From: Actinomycetota bacterium
Lineage (GTDB): Bacteria; Actinomycetota; Actinomycetes; Nanopelagicales; Nanopelagicaceae
Reading direction: 5' to 3'
Assembly (NCBI GenBank): GCA_947449535.1
Contig: CANFRP010000006.1
Location: 1,052 to 65,051, forward strand
DNA: 64,000 nt
Part shown: positions 10,648 to 20,875 of the stretch, in pieces
Layout: each line of letters begins with the position of its first letter
Numbering within the stretch: position 1 is the first letter of the stretch
Notes under the pieces: model-generated
Told to the model about the DNA's origin: nothing
Seen by the model: only the letters and a program-made list of their open reading frames with translations
Databases searched by the model: none
Translations under genes and position numbers: made by a program

Positions 10648-11253
10648 TTACTTAGTCTGAGCAGGTGTAGTGGCTACTGCGCTGTTGGGAGTTGGGGCTG
10701 TGATATTTGCATTTGCGGCATCCCATGTTCCGTAGCGAGGATTAATCACAACTTTATTTGCCTTAGTGAATTTGAGAACAAGAGCCTGAATTGCTTCGCC
10801 GTTGGTATTAGGAATTCCCATTGAATCAGCCAATTCGCCGATTTTCTTTGAGAGCAGCTGATCGCGAATAAATTGTGGGAATTGAACTGTAGTCACTTGG
10901 GCATTTACAAGAGCTGGTGGAAGTTTCGCTTCGCCGCCGATTTGATCAAGAATTGATTGACGCTCTTTTGCCTCTTCCGCGCCAGTCACGGTGACTTTCT
11001 TCTCTTTCGCGATTTGCTCAAGCACATAAGAGTAGAAATAGAATTTCAACATAGAGACGTTGAGTGCAGCGCCTGTTTCAAGATTATTAGAACTTGGGTT
11101 GGCGGCACGTTCTTTGAGAGTAAGAGTCACAGCATCCTGAACTGTCTTAAGGGAGATCGATTCCTTGCCAATTGTTGCGGCCGATTCTGCACCACATGAA
11201 GTAAGAGTGAGAGCTAGTGCAAGGGCAACGATTCCATTAATAATTTTTCTCAT
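10648..11253 (-). CDS. Lipoprotein, SurA-N-terminal/chaperone-like
   Basis: Lipobox 'LTLTSCG'. Helical, chaperone-like sequence. Its start overlaps the mfd stop by 4 nt. Confidence 0.5.
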   Translation of the reverse strand: MRKIINGIVALALALTLTSCGAESAATIGKESISLKTVQDAVTLTLKERAANPSSNNLETGAALNVSMLKFYFYSYVLEQIAKEKKVTVTGAEEAKERQSILDQIGGEAKLPPALVNAQVTTVQFPQFIRDQLLSKKIGELADSMGIPNTNGEAIQALVLKFTKANKVVINPRYGTWDAANANITAPTPNSAVATTPAQTK

Positions 11254-14200
11254 GGGCCAAGAATAGTTTGTAGTACCTCAATCGCCCAAACTAAGGCGGA
11301 GTTCTCGGGTTTTGTACTCTGCTCAACCACCCCCCAATTGGGATTAGGCGAAGTCGCAACAAGAATTGATTGAGTAGCAGCCTTAACGAGTGATCCGGGA
11401 TACACGCGATTGAGGCGCATCACTTTTGAATCGGGAAGAGTGAGTGGGGCAAGTTTTAGGAATTTTCCTTGCAACACCACTTCCGTTAAACCAAATGATT
11501 TGGCGAGAGTTCGCAGGTGGGCTACTGACATTAAATTAGTCGCCGCTTCCGGGAGTTCTCCAAAGCGGTCCACCAGCTCTGCCCGGATTTCGGCAAGGGT
11601 TTGGTCATCATGAGCATCGGCCATGCGTCGATAAATATCTAGCCGCAGGCGCTCAGAAGGTAGGTACTCCACTGGTAAGTGAGCAGTCACTGGCAGCTCA
11701 ACTTTGCACTCCTTAATTTTTGGAGTCTCTTCGATATATCCAGTTTTGTAATCCTCAACTGCCTCACCGACCATGCGCATGTAAAGATCAAAACCCACTT
11801 CAGCGATATGCCCTGATTGTTCGCCACCCAAGAGATTTCCGGCACCGCGGATCTCCAAATCCTTCATAGCAACCTGCATTCCCGATCCCAGATCAGTGTT
11901 GGTTGCAATGGTTGCCAGCCGATCATGCGCAACTTCAGTCAACGGCTTATCTGGTGAGTAGAGGAAGTAGGCATATGCACGTTCGCGGCTACGCCCTACC
12001 CGGCCACGTAATTGGTGGAGCTGAGAGAGACCAAAATTCTCGGCGCGATCAACAATCAAGGTATTTGCATTGGGGATATCAATTCCACTTTCGACAATTG
12101 TTGTGCAGACTAAAATATCGAAATCGCGCTCCCAGAACCCAAGAATTACATCTTCTAATTCGCGCTCACCCATTTGGCCATGTGCAATTCGAATCCGTGC
12201 TTCTGGGACCAATTTCTTTAAGCGAATAACTGCATCATCAATACTGTCGACGCGATTGTGAATGTAGAAAATCTGGCCATCGCGCAGGAGCTCGCGGTGA
12301 ATAGCTGCAGTCACTTGACGATCGTCATACGGACCAACATATGTCAGCACTGGATGACGCTCCTCCGGAGGGGTCGTAATATTCGACATTTCGCGGATGC
12401 CGGTGATAGCCATTTCGAGTGTGCGCGGAATTGGAGTGGCGGACATCGAGAGCACATCGACATTAGTGCGGGTTTTCTTTAGCTCTTCTTTATGTTCGAC
12501 ACCAAAGCGTTGTTCTTCATCGACAATAACCAGGCCAAGGTCCTTAAATTGCACATCTTTTGAGAGAAGCCGATGGGTACCAATTACTACATCGAGTGAA
12601 CCATCACTAATCCCTTCGAGAATTGCCTTGCCTTCTTTTGCAGAATTAAATCGAGAGAGGCCCGCGACTTTGATCGGAAACCCTGAGTAACGACTATTAA
12701 ATGTGGTGAGATGCTGTTGAACTAATAAGGTCGTAGGCACGAGTACTGCGACTTGCTTGCCATCTTGCACGGCTTTAAATGCGGCGCGGATCGCAATCTC
12801 TGTTTTGCCATATCCCACATCCCCGCAGACGATGCGGTCCATTGGATGTGACTGCTCCATGTCGCGCTTTACTTCATCGATAGTGGCTTGCTGATCAATT
12901 GTTTCCACGTATGGAAATGCAGCTTCAAGTTCTCGCTGCCAAGCCGTATCGGGTGAGAAGGCAAAGCCAGGTGCACTCATTCGGGCGGCATAGAGCTGAA
13001 TCAATTCAGCTGCAATCTGCTTGACTGCCTTGCGAGCACGTCGTTTGGCGTTCTGCCAATCAGCGCCACCAATTCGGTGCACGGCTGGTGCTTCACCACC
13101 AACATATTTAGTGACTTGCTCCAAAGTATCGGTCGGAACAAATAATCGATCAGCCGGTTGTCCGCGCTTTGAGGATGCATATTCAATGACTAAGTATTCG
13201 CGAGCAACACCGGCGACTGTGCGTGCCACTAATTCGAGGTAGCGACCCACTCCGTGTTGTTCGTGCACCACATAATCTCCTGGTGCAAGTTCTAGTGGAT
13301 CAATGGCCTTCTTCCGGCGAGAAGGCATCCGGCCTTGCTCTTTACCGCTTGATCTTTGGCCCGAGATATCTCGCTCAGTAATAAGAACGACTTTGGAGGA
13401 ATCGCAGAGATAGCCATGCGCAATTCCGGAGCGGACTAAGGAAATTCCAGCAATCTCGGCCTCTCGAAATAAGTCTTGATACCGCTCGAGCAATCCCGGT
13501 CCACCGGCAGAAAAAGTAACTTCATAACCCAATGACCGCCAGTTCTTAATATCTCCTAGAGCGCTCTCGATCTTTCCGCTATAAACGGGAATTGAAGAGA
13601 GTTGATCAATAACTATCGCGCTTTCATCTACATCACTTTCGGATTTATAGAGATCAAATGAAGATGTAGGAATATTAAGTAATGACGCTTTAGCTCGGAT
13701 TTCATCCAGCGAGTAATACCCGCTAGAACGGATTTCACTATCGATATTAATTGGCGCGCTAGCACCAAGTGCAGCATTTGACCACGACGCTTCAAGAAAC
13801 TCCATATTTGTCGATACCAGATCTAGGGCACGTGATCGAATACGAGGCGCATCCACAAATGCCAAGGCAAAGTTTTCTGGAAGAAAATGGAGCAGGGATT
13901 TCATTTCTGGCTTGAGCAGCGATGAAAGTGATTCCATTCCTTCAACGCTAATTCCCTGCGCGATCTTTGAGCAGATCTCATTGAGAGATGGGAATTCTGC
14001 TGCAACATATGCAGCTTTCTTTGCCACCGCTTCGTTGATGAGCAATTCTCGGCAAGGATAAATTGTAATTTCAGAATCAATTTGGGTGAGAGTCCGTTGA
14101 TCAGCGACAGTGAAATAGCCGATCTCATCAATTTCATCTCCGAAGAAATCAATTCGAATCGGATGTTCCTGATCTGCAGGAAAGAGATCCACAATTCCGC

Positions 14201-14732
14201 CGCGAACAGCAAAGTCGCCGCGCTTTTCAACCAAGTCGGTACGGGTATAACCAAAATAGGAAAGTTGTTGGAGAAGTGTTTTCATCTCTAATGATTTCTT
14301 ATTTGATAAAGTAATTAATTCTTCATCGAGTAAATCAGCGATGATAGGTTGGAGTAATCCACGCGCAGAGGTCACAACTATTCTTGGGTGCTTATTCCCA
14401 CTTAGCTGATGTAACGCCTTAAATCGCGCAGTAATAGTGTCACTCTTGGGACTTAACTTTTCGTGTGGCAGCGTCTCCCATGGTGGAAATTCAATGACGT
14501 TGGCTGCGCCTATATATGCACGAAGTTCATCAGCAAGATCTTCGGCACGGCGAGAGGATGCAGTGACCACAAGCAATGGTGAGCTTTGAGAATGCTTGGC
14601 CAAGAGCAGGCTCTGAGCAGATGGGATCGAAATGACTTCTGATCCATTTTCTATTTCTGGAATCTCAATCCGTGAGAAGGCAGCAAGTAATGACATCGCT
14701 ATTTGCCCTCCCATCAACGCCGAAAGGCCCAC
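11250..14732 (-). CDS. mfd: Transcription-repair coupling factor Mfd
   Basis: About 1160 aa with 'GDVGYGKTE' and 'DEEQRFGV' helicase motifs and a CarD-like domain. The start is ambiguous (GTG 14732, ATG 14714 or ATG 14696). Confidence 0.95.
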   Translation of the reverse strand: MGLSALMGGQIAMSLLAAFSRIEIPEIENGSEVISIPSAQSLLLAKHSQSSPLLVVTASSRRAEDLADELRAYIGAANVIEFPPWETLPHEKLSPKSDTITARFKALHQLSGNKHPRIVVTSARGLLQPIIADLLDEELITLSNKKSLEMKTLLQQLSYFGYTRTDLVEKRGDFAVRGGIVDLFPADQEHPIRIDFFGDEIDEIGYFTVADQRTLTQIDSEITIYPCRELLINEAVAKKAAYVAAEFPSLNEICSKIAQGISVEGMESLSSLLKPEMKSLLHFLPENFALAFVDAPRIRSRALDLVSTNMEFLEASWSNAALGASAPINIDSEIRSSGYYSLDEIRAKASLLNIPTSSFDLYKSESDVDESAIVIDQLSSIPVYSGKIESALGDIKNWRSLGYEVTFSAGGPGLLERYQDLFREAEIAGISLVRSGIAHGYLCDSSKVVLITERDISGQRSSGKEQGRMPSRRKKAIDPLELAPGDYVVHEQHGVGRYLELVARTVAGVAREYLVIEYASSKRGQPADRLFVPTDTLEQVTKYVGGEAPAVHRIGGADWQNAKRRARKAVKQIAAELIQLYAARMSAPGFAFSPDTAWQRELEAAFPYVETIDQQATIDEVKRDMEQSHPMDRIVCGDVGYGKTEIAIRAAFKAVQDGKQVAVLVPTTLLVQQHLTTFNSRYSGFPIKVAGLSRFNSAKEGKAILEGISDGSLDVVIGTHRLLSKDVQFKDLGLVIVDEEQRFGVEHKEELKKTRTNVDVLSMSATPIPRTLEMAITGIREMSNITTPPEERHPVLTYVGPYDDRQVTAAIHRELLRDGQIFYIHNRVDSIDDAVIRLKKLVPEARIRIAHGQMGERELEDVILGFWERDFDILVCTTIVESGIDIPNANTLIVDRAENFGLSQLHQLRGRVGRSRERAYAYFLYSPDKPLTEVAHDRLATIATNTDLGSGMQVAMKDLEIRGAGNLLGGEQSGHIAEVGFDLYMRMVGEAVEDYKTGYIEETPKIKECKVELPVTAHLPVEYLPSERLRLDIYRRMADAHDDQTLAEIRAELVDRFGELPEAATNLMSVAHLRTLAKSFGLTEVVLQGKFLKLAPLTLPDSKVMRLNRVYPGSLVKAATQSILVATSPNPNWGVVEQSTKPENSALVWAIEVLQTILGP

Positions 14733-14825
14733 ATCCGAAAAGGATGGGGGCTTATGAAACTAGGAGAAGTCTAACCAGCAAGATTGTGGGTTCGAACCTA
14801 TGAATAGGTCTGCAATGATTAGCCA

Positions 14826-17531
14826 GTGAACTCGCCATCTGGAATCCCTAGCGCCGATAACACAGGCCTGCGCAGCGATGTTCGTCGTCTGGGAGATCTC
14901 CTCGGAGATAGTTTGGTACGCCAAGAGGGCCCACAGCTTCTGGAATTGGTCGAGAGAGTACGTAAAGCAGTCCGCGATGGTGGCGGCGAAGATATTCTCG
15001 AAAAAGTGAGTGTTGATGAATCCATTCAATTAGTGCGCGCTTTTTCTACATATTTCAATCTTGCAAATGTTGCAGAACAAGTTCATCGCGCCCGTGTTCT
15101 TTCGGAAGACCGAGCCGCTGGTGGATCATGGCTGTCTCGCGCTGTTGATCACATTATTGAAGTTCAAAGTGAGACCAATGAATTTAGTAATGAAGATATC
15201 CAGAATTGGATCAACGATTTTTCGGTTCGCCCAGTTTTTACGGCTCACCCGACCGAAGCTGCGCGACGATCAATTCTCTCCAAGATGGCAACAATCGCCG
15301 AACTCCTAGATGACCCTGCTACCGATACGCGTGAGCGTCGATTGGCAGAAGCAGTTGATCTCTTATGGCAGACAGATGAGCTTCGCCTGGGACGGCCAGA
15401 ACCACTAGATGAAGCAGCTAACGCGCTCTTTTATCTGGATGAACTATTCCGTCTTACCATTCCTGAAGTGCTAGATGATTTCGCTCATGAATTAAAGCGC
15501 GTAGGAGTCACTGTTAGTCCGACATCGCGTCCATTGTCATTCGGAACGTGGATTGGTGGGGATCGCGATGGCAATCCACACATCACTCCAGAAGTTACTA
15601 AGGAAGCAATCGTTCTTCAGATCGGGCACTTTATTCGTGCCATGTTGGGATCGCTCGATCTTTTGCGCCAAGCACTTTCTGTCTCTACCCGCATTGCGGG
15701 TGCATCTGCCGCCCTGGAAGATTCAGTAGAGCGAGATCTCTCCCTCCTTCCAGAGATTGAAGAGCGCTTTCGTCGTATTAACGTTGAAGAGCCTTACCGA
15801 CTCAAGGCCACAGCAATTCGCCATCGTTTAATTTTGACGCAACGCCGCCATTCAGCTGGCGCACCACACGTTGCCGGCCGAGATTACGAGAACACGGTTG
15901 AGCTCCTTGCAGATCTCATGCTGATGCGCGATTCCCTCCTTGAACATAAAGGTGAGCTAATTGCTCATGGATTGCTTGAGCGAGTTATCCGTACCGTCTC
16001 TAGCTTTGGCCTTACCCACGCGACAATGGATGTTCGTGAGCACTCCGATGCGCACCATCATGCGCTCTCACAAATATTTGGTGCGGAATATAACGATAAA
16101 TCCAGCAAGCTTCGCTCAGAACTGAAGAGTGCAGATATTGCCTCTGATCTCTCAGGTATGGATGAACTTGCGAAGAAGACGCTTAATACCTTTGTAGCAA
16201 TCCGCGAACTCATTGAAAAATTTGGACCAGAGGTAATCGAGACTTACATCATTTCAATGACCAAGGGACATGAAGATGTCTTGGCGCCAGTTGTTTTAGC
16301 AAAGATTGCTGGACTTGTTTCACTTCACGGTGCTAATAAATTTGCTCATGTGGGATTCGCTCCCCTGCTCGAGACTGTCGCTGAGCTCCAAGCAGCAGAC
16401 ACTATTCTCGATAATCTTCTATCAAACCCGGACTATCGCGCGCTTGTTGCAATGCGCGGTGATATTCAGGAAGTAATGCTCGGCTATTCGGATTCCAATA
16501 AAGATGCAGGTATCGCCACATCCCAATGGGAGATCCACAAAGCCCAACGCAAGCTTCGTGATATAGCTTTGAAGCATGGCGTCACATTGCGCCTCTTCCA
16601 TGGTCGTGGTGGCTCTGTTGGTCGCGGTGGCGGCCCTACCTACGATGCCTTGATTGCTCTTCCTTGGGGTTCAATCGATGGCCAAATCAAGATGACAGAG
16701 CAAGGCGAAGTTATCTCGGATAAGTATTCACTTCCATCACTTGCCCGCGAGAATGTGGAACTCACATTGGCTGCAGCGCTTGAAGCTACTGTTCTTAATC
16801 GTGCGCCTCGTCAATCAGCAGAATCACTTGCTGCCTGGTCGGCATCAATGGACACCATTAGTGAGAATTCTTTTAAGCGCTATCGCGCACTAGTCGATCA
16901 TCCAGATCTTCCTGCATATTTTTACGCTTCGACTCCTGTCGAACAGCTCGGCGATCTTTTCTTAGGTTCTCGTCCATCACGTCGCCCTGATGCATCTGGC
17001 GGCTTAGGCTCACTTCGCGCCATTCCTTGGGTATTTGGTTGGACTCAATCGCGTCAGATTGTTCCTGGATGGTTTGGAGTCGGCTCCGGTCTAAAAGCTG
17101 CACGTGAATCAGGCAAAGAAGCAGATCTTCACGAAATGCTTACGCATTGGCACTTCTTCCGCACATTTATCTCTAATGTTGAAATGACACTTGCAAAGAC
17201 CGATCTCGCAATGGCCCGCAAATACGTCAACAAACTTGTTGCTCCGGAGTTACATCATTTCCTAGATTCCATCGAAGAAGAGTTCGAGCTCACTAAAAAA
17301 GAGATTTTGATCCTTACTGACAAGAGTGAGCTACTTGGTGACCAAGAGATTTTGGCTCGCACCCTTCAAGTTCGCGATGCTTATCTTTCGCCGCTTCACT
17401 TGCTTCAAATTACTTTGCTCTCACATGTTCGCGAAAACGCGGACACCCCAGAGAAAGTTGATCCACTGACTCGTCGCGCTCTTCTATTAACAATTAATGG
17501 AGTAGCCGCCGGACTTCGTAATACTGGCTGA
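14826..17531 (+). CDS. ppc: Phosphoenolpyruvate carboxylase
   Basis: 'FTAHPTE','GYSDSNKDAG','FHGRGGSVGRGGGP', C-terminal 'NTG'. GTG start. Confidence 0.95.
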   Translation: MNSPSGIPSADNTGLRSDVRRLGDLLGDSLVRQEGPQLLELVERVRKAVRDGGGEDILEKVSVDESIQLVRAFSTYFNLANVAEQVHRARVLSEDRAAGGSWLSRAVDHIIEVQSETNEFSNEDIQNWINDFSVRPVFTAHPTEAARRSILSKMATIAELLDDPATDTRERRLAEAVDLLWQTDELRLGRPEPLDEAANALFYLDELFRLTIPEVLDDFAHELKRVGVTVSPTSRPLSFGTWIGGDRDGNPHITPEVTKEAIVLQIGHFIRAMLGSLDLLRQALSVSTRIAGASAALEDSVERDLSLLPEIEERFRRINVEEPYRLKATAIRHRLILTQRRHSAGAPHVAGRDYENTVELLADLMLMRDSLLEHKGELIAHGLLERVIRTVSSFGLTHATMDVREHSDAHHHALSQIFGAEYNDKSSKLRSELKSADIASDLSGMDELAKKTLNTFVAIRELIEKFGPEVIETYIISMTKGHEDVLAPVVLAKIAGLVSLHGANKFAHVGFAPLLETVAELQAADTILDNLLSNPDYRALVAMRGDIQEVMLGYSDSNKDAGIATSQWEIHKAQRKLRDIALKHGVTLRLFHGRGGSVGRGGGPTYDALIALPWGSIDGQIKMTEQGEVISDKYSLPSLARENVELTLAAALEATVLNRAPRQSAESLAAWSASMDTISENSFKRYRALVDHPDLPAYFYASTPVEQLGDLFLGSRPSRRPDASGGLGSLRAIPWVFGWTQSRQIVPGWFGVGSGLKAARESGKEADLHEMLTHWHFFRTFISNVEMTLAKTDLAMARKYVNKLVAPELHHFLDSIEEEFELTKKEILILTDKSELLGDQEILARTLQVRDAYLSPLHLLQITLLSHVRENADTPEKVDPLTRRALLLTINGVAAGLRNTG

Positions 17532-17532
17532 T

Positions 17533-18924
17533 TTAGCGGTTATTAGTTCTTGCTTTTGCTGGAACTAAAGAGATAGATCCAACAGTTCCGTTATATCCGG
17601 CATCAGTTGGCGTAAATGTTGCGACAATGCTTACTGCGGAGTGGGTAGCAGGTCTCCATGGACACACTGCCGTATAGGAATTACCAGCGTTCACAACTTT
17701 CCCCTTGCAGCCAGGAATCGCTTTGCCCTTAATCGAAAATGTAACTTTGCCAGCAACAGTGCCGGTCGAAGCAGTTAAGTTATTGACAGTTCGATATACC
17801 GGAAGCGAACTAGCAGGTGTAAATGTCAGAACAACACTAGGAGAGATAATCACAGATGTTGCGGCAGAAGTGGCTGTGAATGTTCCGCTGGAGTTCGTTG
17901 CCGAAACTGTTGCCTTTAAGTAATAGCCGACATCTCCAGAGACGGTTTGATAAGTCTGCCCAGTTGCTCCTGCAATATCTGTATAAGTTCCATTAGAAGT
18001 AGCTGAACGAGACCATTGGTAGGTATATGAGGTTGGAGTATTTAACCAAGTGCCGGTTGTTGAAGTCTCGCTGGTAGTAACAATTTGAGAGCCGGTAATC
18101 GAAGGAATTACGGTGTTATAGGGACCAGCTGCAAGTGAGTAATCGCTAGCGCCCCAACGATAATTTTGATTGATTTCTGCAGCACTCAACGAACGGTTAT
18201 ACATCCTAAATTTCGTGAGCACTCCTGTTATACCGAGGTTGCCGGTGGCCCGTCGATCCCCAAGATCCAGATAATGGCTTGGATTATTTGTGTGATACAC
18301 GGTTGTTCCCGTTGCAGTTGCGACGGCAACACCGTCCCAATAAACAACTGCCGTTCCGCTTGTAGTTGCACTAGACCCATTCATATTATTGGGGTTCACA
18401 ACTGTGAATGCGAGTTGATGCCAACTTCCATTTGTAGCGGTGTAACTCAAATTTGTGATGTCTTGAGCTCCGGCTCCAGTAAGGAATAAATCTGGATGCC
18501 CTAGATGTAATCCGAAGTGAAAATCAGATGATCCAGAACCATTGAACCATCGAGTTGCTACAATGTTCCACCCTGAAGTATTAACAGTATTGAATTTAAC
18601 CCACGTCTCAACAGTCATATCTCCTGTGGGATTTATTGAATCTCCGCTCGATCCATTACCAAAAGTCGCATAGATGGGAGCGATCGAGTCGTTAAACGTT
18701 ACCCAGTGGTTCGCAGAATCATATTGACCTACCGATTGAAGTGTTGCATTTGGAGTTGTTCCATCTTGAGCAAGCCATGTTGTTCCTGAAAAACTTGAGT
18801 TTGAAGCTGAGTCCAAAGAAATTGTAAGTCCAGAGGTTATCGAAGGAGATGCGACAGCGGCGGGCAAAATGGAAATGGCAGAAATCAAGATAATCGCAGA
18901 CGCGAATCCCAATAACCTACCCAT
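17533..18924 (-). CDS. Secreted LamG (concanavalin-A-like lectin) protein with C-terminal Ig-like domains
   Basis: Signal peptide. LamG_3-like core ('MTVETWVKF...WHQLAFTV...LTKFRMYNRSLSAAEI'). 'YTYQWSRS...GATGQTY' Ig-like repeat. A Cys-pair Ig-like domain. Its ATG directly abuts the pth stop (TAGATG). Confidence 0.75.
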   Translation of the reverse strand: MGRLLGFASAIILISAISILPAAVASPSITSGLTISLDSASNSSFSGTTWLAQDGTTPNATLQSVGQYDSANHWVTFNDSIAPIYATFGNGSSGDSINPTGDMTVETWVKFNTVNTSGWNIVATRWFNGSGSSDFHFGLHLGHPDLFLTGAGAQDITNLSYTATNGSWHQLAFTVVNPNNMNGSSATTSGTAVVYWDGVAVATATGTTVYHTNNPSHYLDLGDRRATGNLGITGVLTKFRMYNRSLSAAEINQNYRWGASDYSLAAGPYNTVIPSITGSQIVTTSETSTTGTWLNTPTSYTYQWSRSATSNGTYTDIAGATGQTYQTVSGDVGYYLKATVSATNSSGTFTATSAATSVIISPSVVLTFTPASSLPVYRTVNNLTASTGTVAGKVTFSIKGKAIPGCKGKVVNAGNSYTAVCPWRPATHSAVSIVATFTPTDAGYNGTVGSISLVPAKARTNNR

Positions 18925-19491
18925 CTACTTATTAAATTCTTGTTGAGCTGTCTCAAGTCCTTTTTCAATAAGGCGTTCGACAGCGAGTGCGCCACGAGCG
19001 ACTAAATCTTCAACTGCCTTTCGCTCCGTAGAAGAAAATGGCTTTAATACGTAGTCAGCAGGATCTTGTGGTCCATCCGGGCGACCAATTCCCATTCGCA
19101 CACGATAGTAATCAGGTGTTGTGAAATGTTGGGTGATTGATTTCAAACCATTATGGCCATTATCGCCACCGCCTAGTTTCATGCGAATGGTGTTGAAGGG
19201 AATATCTAATTCATCATGGATGACGATCAAATGATCGGGAGCTACTTTAAAGAAATCAGCTAGCGCTTTTGTGGGTTGGCCAGATTCGTTCATATAGCCA
19301 AGTGACTTCGCTAATGTGACAGCGTTTGCGGCAACACGAATGTTTGCAATTTCAGTGCGCGATTTATCTTTAGAAAATGATGAATTACTGGCCAGATAGT
19401 TAATTACCATCTGGCCAATATTGTGACGAGTTGTGGCGTACTGGTCCCCGGGATTACCGAGGCCAAGTACTAGCCAACGTTCATCAGACAT
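18925..19491 (-). CDS. pth: Peptidyl-tRNA hydrolase
   Basis: 'LVLGLGNPGDQYATTRHNIG','GHNGLKS'. Confidence 0.95.
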   Translation of the reverse strand: MSDERWLVLGLGNPGDQYATTRHNIGQMVINYLASNSSFSKDKSRTEIANIRVAANAVTLAKSLGYMNESGQPTKALADFFKVAPDHLIVIHDELDIPFNTIRMKLGGGDNGHNGLKSITQHFTTPDYYRVRMGIGRPDGPQDPADYVLKPFSSTERKAVEDLVARGALAVERLIEKGLETAQQEFNK

Positions 19492-19513
19492 GATCTGACT
19501 TTACGCTAGCGAA

Positions 19514-20125
19514 TTATTCTTTAGGTGCTTCTGCTGCTGGTGCCGCTGCGGCATCGGCTGCTGGAGCTGCTGTCTCTTCTGCTACTGCAGCTGAACGCTC
19601 AGAGAGGTGAACGACAGTCATCATTGGATCTGAAATCAATACAACGCCTGCAGGAAGATTTACATCCTTAGCATAGAGAGATTTTCCAGCGGCCAAGCCT
19701 GTGATATCGAGCTCGATGAAAGCAGGAATAGAAGTTGCTTCAACTTCAACTTCGATGGTGTTGGAGTTGTGCTCAAGAATTCCATCACGATCGTATTCAC
19801 CAGAAGTGTGGATAGGAACTTCAACAATAACCTTCTCGCCACGACGTACTAGTACTAGGTCGATGTGGGCAAGAACGCCAGTAAGTGGATTACGTGTTAC
19901 TGACTTAGGAAGTGTGAGTTCAGTCTTTCCATCTACAACGATGTCGAGAAGTACGTTTGAAGTTTTAAGCGCTGCACCAAGTTCGCGCAATGGAAGTGCG
20001 ACGTGCTGTGGAGCAGAGCCGTGGCCGTAGATAACTCCTGGAACAAGTCCTGCGCGACGATCGCGACGTGATGCACCTTTACCGAATTCGGTACGTGCTG
20101 TTCCGTTGATGGTGATTTCAGCCAT
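19514..20125 (-). CDS. rplY: 50S ribosomal protein L25 / general stress protein Ctc
   Basis: The L25/Ctc N-terminal and C-terminal domains plus an Ala-rich tail. Located upstream of pth, as in other Actinobacteria. Confidence 0.92.
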   Translation of the reverse strand: MAEITINGTARTEFGKGASRRDRRAGLVPGVIYGHGSAPQHVALPLRELGAALKTSNVLLDIVVDGKTELTLPKSVTRNPLTGVLAHIDLVLVRRGEKVIVEVPIHTSGEYDRDGILEHNSNTIEVEVEATSIPAFIELDITGLAAGKSLYAKDVNLPAGVVLISDPMMTVVHLSERSAAVAEETAAPAADAAAAPAAEAPKE

Positions 20126-20256
20126 TTGCTAACTCCTCAGTTAAAAGATACTTAACGTCCCAGGAGAGCTACCCGTCGATTACGGGTTATTGAAACCCCT
20201 CGCCGGAACGAAGGCCAAGATTAACGGGAGGTTGGGCCAAAGGCCAAATCGGCCTT

Positions 20257-20865
20257 TTATTCACCTTCCGTGAAGAAAATACGCTCAAGAAATGCATCGA
20301 TAAGCAGAGCCCAATTCTCCTCATTCATATGGGTGGGAGTGATGTCATCGACGATCTTGCCCATTGTGTAGGCCTGAACCATGACAGCGATTACGCGAGG
20401 CTGAAAATCTTTATTACCCCAGCCACGTTCTTGAGATTCACGGAATAGATCAGCAAGAGCTTCAGTGAGTCGCTCTTGTTCGACGCCAAGGGCAAGTTGC
20501 ATGCGCGGTGATCTAATTGCTGCCGCCATTGAAACCAGGCGCTCATAACGTCCTTCTTTCATCTCCTCTGATTGGGTACGTCGGGTAACCATTTTGAGAC
20601 CTTCGAATAGCTCGGTCTTTGTTCTGGCAGTACGAAGAACTTGGCTGAGAGATGCGATTGATGCATCCACATATCGCGCAAAGCGGACGATGAGGGCTTG
20701 TTCAATGAGTTCAGAGAAATCGGCGTAATGGTGATAGAGCGATCCTTTGGAAATTCCAGACATTTCTAAGACTTCTTCGCTATTTATTTCAGCAGGAAGC
20801 TTTGAATTGAGAAGATAAACCACCGTATCCAAAAGCGTTTGCTTTGTTGGGTGAAGGGAAGACAT
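20257..20865 (-). CDS. TetR-family transcriptional regulator
   Basis: N-terminal HTH 'MSGISKGSLYHHYADFSELIE'. 202 aa. Confidence 0.8.
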   Translation of the reverse strand: MSSLHPTKQTLLDTVVYLLNSKLPAEINSEEVLEMSGISKGSLYHHYADFSELIEQALIVRFARYVDASIASLSQVLRTARTKTELFEGLKMVTRRTQSEEMKEGRYERLVSMAAAIRSPRMQLALGVEQERLTEALADLFRESQERGWGNKDFQPRVIAVMVQAYTMGKIVDDITPTHMNEENWALLIDAFLERIFFTEGE

Positions 20866-20875
20866 TTTTTAACTC

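Noticed and set aside
14785-14810. 'GTGGGTTCGAACCTA' looked like a tRNA T-arm fragment, raising the possibility of a tRNA remnant or integrase att site between mfd and ppc
   Set aside because: The flanks do not form a T stem, acceptor arm or anticodon arm, and no integrase or mobile genes are nearby. It is simply a GGTTCGAACC palindrome, reported as a possible operator instead.
20126-20256. 131-nt rplY leader containing small hairpins (ACCCGT-N5-ACGGGT and AAAGGCC-N5-GGCCTTT overlapping the tetR stop), considered as a ribosomal-protein leader or terminator
   Set aside because: The stems are short (6-7 bp), and the tetR-proximal one lacks a U tract on the transcribed strand. I know of no L25 leader family in Actinobacteria. 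The evidence is insufficient to call a feature, though it would be worth including in any covariation screen.
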